DNA of 64,000 bases from Acidobacteriota bacterium (GTDB lineage Bacteria; Acidobacteriota; UBA890; WLXD01). Position numbers and translations under genes: made by a program. The stretch spans positions 2,016,001-2,080,000 of the forward strand of contig CBDFKD010000002.1 of the NCBI GenBank assembly GCA_965248695.1. Reading direction: 5' to 3'. The notes below the pieces were generated by a model. That model was not told the DNA's origin. It worked only from the letters and a program-made list of their open reading frames with translations, and did not search any database. Positions 60,434-64,000 of the stretch are shown here, piece by piece. Within the stretch, counting starts at the first letter, position 1, and every line of letters begins with the position of its first letter.

Positions 60434-62791
60434 ATGACCAAGATCACCCCCAGCTCGCGAAGCTGGCAAACCGTAGCTGCGCGCGCCGTTGTCGTCCTGG
60501 CGATCGTGACCGCGCTGGCCTATGTCGGCTATCGATTGGTATCTGCGCCGACGGCCGCACCGGACATCGCCTCGTTGCGCGGCGACCGGCAGATGAACGT
60601 CGTGCTGGTGACGCTCGATACGACGCGCGCCGATCATATCGGCGCCTATGGCTTTGACGACATCGAGACCCCGGCGTTCGATGGGCTGGCCGCCGAAGGC
60701 GTTACCTTCCTGCGCGCCTACTCGCCGACGCCGCTGACGCTGCCATCGCACACGTCGTTGATGAGCGGCACGTATCCTCCCTACCATGGCGTGCGCGACA
60801 ATGGCGCCTTCGTAGCTCCCGACAATCTGGTTACGCTAGGCGAGTTGTTCCGCGATGCCGGTTACCGGACGGGGGCGTTCGTCTCGTCGTTCGTCCTCGA
60901 TGGACGATTCGGGCTGTCACAGGGCTTCGACACCTACTTCGACGAGTTCGAGGTGCCCCGGACGCGCCTGATCGCGCTGGCGCGCATCCAACGATCGGGG
61001 TCGGACGTGGTCGACGCGGCGCTGGCGTGGTCGCGCCAGGATCCATCGGCGCCGTTCTTCCTGTGGGTGCACATGTTCGACGCCCACACCCCGTACGAGC
61101 CACCGCCCGAGTTTCGCGATCGATATCCGGGTCGCCCGTACGTCGGCGAGATTGCTTACGCAGACTCGCAGCTCGGCCGCCTGATCTCGTGGCTCGACAG
61201 CAGCGGCCGCCGTGAGGATACCTTCGTTATCGTGGCGGGCGACCACGGCGAGAGCCTCGGTGAGCACGGCGAGATCGAGCACGGCTTCTTCCTCTACGAA
61301 GAGGCGATCCACGTTCCCCTGGTGGTCTCCGTACCGTTTGCAGCCTATCAAGATGTACGGCGATCCGAGCCCGTATCGTTGGTCGATGTCATGCCCACGA
61401 TTCTCACGCTGGTCGGACTGCCTATCCCGTCCGAGGTGCAGAGCCGGAGCCTGGTTCCGCTGCTCAGCGCCGGCGCCCCGGAGCGCCCCGACAGCCTGGT
61501 CTACTCCGAGACCTATTACCCGCGGCTGCACTTCGGTTGGAGCGAGCTACGCGTCCTGCTGAGCCCGGAGTACAAGCTCATCATGTCGGCCGAGCCAGAG
61601 CTCTATGACCTGGCATCGGACCCGGACGAGGCCGTGAACCTGGCGCCGCAGCGCGCCGCCACCACCGAGCTGATGCGTCAGCAGGCCGACACCCTGGTGG
61701 CGGACTACGAGCAGGATGGCGGTCTGGCCGAAGCCGTGACGCTCGACGAGGAGACCCGCCGGCGGCTCGCCGCCCTCGGCTATCTGGGTAACTTCGCCGA
61801 CTCCATCGAGGACGACACCGAGATCCGGGCCAGCCCGGTAGACAAGATCGACATCTACAACGATCTCCTGAGGGCCCGGTCGCTGACGTTGCGGTCTGAG
61901 CTAGCGGAGGCGGAATCGCTGTTCCGTGGCATCATCGCGGCCGACCCCGGGGTAGTCGATGCCTACCAAGCGCTCGGCAACCTTCTGATCGATCAGGAAC
62001 GCTTCCCCGAGGCTATCCCTGTCTTCGAGGATGCAATCGCCCGAAAGCCGGACGACATCGGCCTGGTGCTGTTCCTCGCCAACGCCCAGATACGATCAGG
62101 GCGGCCCGATGATGCCGAGCGGTTGCTGACCGATTTCGCCGATGTGCTGGAACCAGACGCCCGCGTTCAACTGACCCTCGGAGGCATCTACCATCGCAGC
62201 GGACGCAACGAGGAAGCGATCGCGGCGTTCAACCAAGCGCTGGAGCTCGATCCGAGCATGGCCGGGGCGCACGTCGGGCTGGCCGGCGCTTACCTGCAAC
62301 TCGATCGTCCCGAGCTCGCCCGGCCGCAGCTGACTCGCGCCCAGGAGCTCAACGACGAGATACCGGAGCTGCACTTCACCTGGGCCCAGCTGTTCCAGCG
62401 CGGGGGTCAACTGAACGAGGCGATCACCGCCTACCGTCGCGAGCTCGAGATCTCGCCCGAGCACCTGATGTCGGCGTTCAACTTGAGCCTGGTTCACCGT
62501 AACCTGAAGAATCTGGAGCAAGAGGAACGCTATCTCCAGCTGGCGCTATCGATCAATCCGATGTTCCCGCGTGCACGTCTATTCATGGCACGCATCCACC
62601 TGGTGCGCGGTCGGAGCTACGAGGAGGCCATCGAATTGGTCGAAGGGGCCCTGGCGGCGAGTGGGATCCTGCAACAGGATCGTGTTCTGGGACATTTCCT
62701 CTTGGCAGACATCTACAATCGACTCGGCCGGGACGATCTGTCCCGCCTGAATGCCCGCCTCGCCGAGCGCGCCCAGAGCGAGGGTCGGTAG
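60434..62791 (+). CDS. Sulfatase-like hydrolase with C-terminal TPR; paralog 2
   Basis: VTLDTTRADH, TLPSHTSLMSG, HMFDAHTPY and GDHGESLGEHGE, followed by TPRs; colinear with paralog 1. Confidence 0.88.
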   Translation: MTKITPSSRSWQTVAARAVVVLAIVTALAYVGYRLVSAPTAAPDIASLRGDRQMNVVLVTLDTTRADHIGAYGFDDIETPAFDGLAAEGVTFLRAYSPTPLTLPSHTSLMSGTYPPYHGVRDNGAFVAPDNLVTLGELFRDAGYRTGAFVSSFVLDGRFGLSQGFDTYFDEFEVPRTRLIALARIQRSGSDVVDAALAWSRQDPSAPFFLWVHMFDAHTPYEPPPEFRDRYPGRPYVGEIAYADSQLGRLISWLDSSGRREDTFVIVAGDHGESLGEHGEIEHGFFLYEEAIHVPLVVSVPFAAYQDVRRSEPVSLVDVMPTILTLVGLPIPSEVQSRSLVPLLSAGAPERPDSLVYSETYYPRLHFGWSELRVLLSPEYKLIMSAEPELYDLASDPDEAVNLAPQRAATTELMRQQADTLVADYEQDGGLAEAVTLDEETRRRLAALGYLGNFADSIEDDTEIRASPVDKIDIYNDLLRARSLTLRSELAEAESLFRGIIAADPGVVDAYQALGNLLIDQERFPEAIPVFEDAIARKPDDIGLVLFLANAQIRSGRPDDAERLLTDFADVLEPDARVQLTLGGIYHRSGRNEEAIAAFNQALELDPSMAGAHVGLAGAYLQLDRPELARPQLTRAQELNDEIPELHFTWAQLFQRGGQLNEAITAYRRELEISPEHLMSAFNLSLVHRNLKNLEQEERYLQLALSINPMFPRARLFMARIHLVRGRSYEEAIELVEGALAASGILQQDRVLGHFLLADIYNRLGRDDLSRLNARLAERAQSEGR

Positions 62792-62817
62792 CTGAAACCA
62801 TGTCGAGAGGCAACCCG

Positions 62818-64000
62818 ATGGCGGAGCAACACAGTTTGACTCGATTCACGACAATCGTCTCCTGGCACCGGTCGATCCTGGTTGTGGGTGCGCTTGGCAT
62901 GCTATTGGGCCTGCACGCGGCGGCACCCCCGGCCCCGGCGACAGGCAGCCTCGGATTGCCGGGGGTATTGGTCAACGCTCAGGAGCAAGCTCCCCCACCG
63001 GAGCTGACCGAGCTCCAGACCCTGATAATCGCCGGCGCCGCGGCGCTGCAGAACGGTGATTTCGAGGTAGCGTTGGAGGCGTTCGACGCCGCCTTGGTGC
63101 TCGAGCCCGACGACCCCGTCGTGCTCAGCCAGGTTGGACGAGCCTTGCTGGAGCTCGGGCACTTCGACGAAGCGTTCCCACTGCTGAGCCAGGCAGCCCA
63201 GCTGGCGCCCGAGTCGTTCGTTACGCAGTTCAACCTCGGCACCGCCCTACTCCGCGCCAGGCGGCACGAGGAAGCGATCAACTGGTTGCGTGCCGCTTCG
63301 CGGCTGAGTCCGGAGGTAGCGCTGCCGCGTTACGGTCTGGCGCTCGCGTACGCGGCGCTCGGCGACCACGCTCGAGCCATCACAGAGCTCGAGGAATGTG
63401 TGGCCGTTGCGCCGCAGACGACCGATGCCTGGCTGCTGCTGGGGCGGCTCCTCACTCAGCACGGCGCCGGACTCGAGGCGGTGTTGAAGGCAGCTGAGGC
63501 GTTCGAGAAGGTGTTCGAGCAGCGCCCGCACGAGGGTGATAGCTGCCTGGCGCTCAGCCGTGCGTATCGACGCTTGAACCTACCGGAGCAGGCTCTGAGC
63601 TTGATCGGAGATTGCGAGCGTGCCGGCATCGAGGATCCGCAGCTCTACCTGCTGCAGGGGCGGATGCAGTTACAGATGGGCAATTACACCGAGGCGCGGG
63701 CCGCCTTCCTTCGCGCTGCCGAGGGACCACAAGTAGCCGGACCCTCCTACCTCGAGCTCGCCGTCATGTCGGACAACCAGGGCAATTTCGACACGGCGAT
63801 CACCGAATACAAGACGGCGATCACCGAATACGAGCGCACCACCGAGCTTCGCCGCCGAGGGATCAACGCCTACATTCGTCTCGCCGACGTCTACGTCAAG
63901 CGCAATCAGCCGGAGGCCGCCGATGAGCTGTTGACCCGCGCCATCCGCGCCGTGCCGCGCAGCCCGCTAGCGCACAAGGAGCTATGTCGGGTGCGTCAAG
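62818..64000 (+). CDS. TPR protein, 5' part; runs off the right edge
   Basis: Not in the ORF track. The frame read from ATG 62800/62818 gives a hydrophobic signal, then GDFEVALEAFDAALVLEPDDPVVLSQVGRALLELGHFDEA and further TPR units. Confidence 0.8.
   Translation, partial: MAEQHSLTRFTTIVSWHRSILVVGALGMLLGLHAAAPPAPATGSLGLPGVLVNAQEQAPPPELTELQTLIIAGAAALQNGDFEVALEAFDAALVLEPDDPVVLSQVGRALLELGHFDEAFPLLSQAAQLAPESFVTQFNLGTALLRARRHEEAINWLRAASRLSPEVALPRYGLALAYAALGDHARAITELEECVAVAPQTTDAWLLLGRLLTQHGAGLEAVLKAAEAFEKVFEQRPHEGDSCLALSRAYRRLNLPEQALSLIGDCERAGIEDPQLYLLQGRMQLQMGNYTEARAAFLRAAEGPQVAGPSYLELAVMSDNQGNFDTAITEYKTAITEYERTTELRRRGINAYIRLADVYVKRNQPEAADELLTRAIRAVPRSPLAHKELCRVRQ
63793..63831 (+). repeat. In-frame tandem duplication with a 21-bp period (TAITEYK-TAITEYE)
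   Basis: ACGGCGATCACCGAATAC at 63793-63810 and at 63814-63831. Confidence 0.85.

Overview
GC-rich bacterial chromosomal window, densely coding. The Oar-type TonB receptor, DUF5916 protein, sulfatase-like/TPR fusions and CocE/NonD hydrolases suggest an Acidobacteriota-like organism (inference only). I found no rRNA, tRNA, transposase, integrase or CRISPR array. Much of the window looks like amine, polyamine and quaternary-amine utilisation: BCCT and APC transporters, a spermidine-dehydrogenase-like enzyme, a pyrrolysine-free MttB, an amidinotransferase, and an ~18 kb TetR-associated cluster. That cluster holds a Rieske oxygenase, aldehyde dehydrogenase, class III aminotransferase, Pot-type ABC system, acyl-CoA ligase/dehydrogenase/hydratase, a GcvT-like protein and two phytoene-dehydrogenase-like flavoproteins. 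Main observations: (1) a polar 34-bp tandem array of the aldehyde dehydrogenase gene's 3' end, whose diverged copies differ only synonymously within the coding core; (2) the uncharacterised catabolic cluster, with a recurring TGAAY-N4-RTTCA palindrome in its divergent promoters; (3) two adjacent coupled genes, each broken by one in-frame stop; (4) a short PEP carboxylase with substituted conserved motifs. All product calls come from motif recognition, not database searches.
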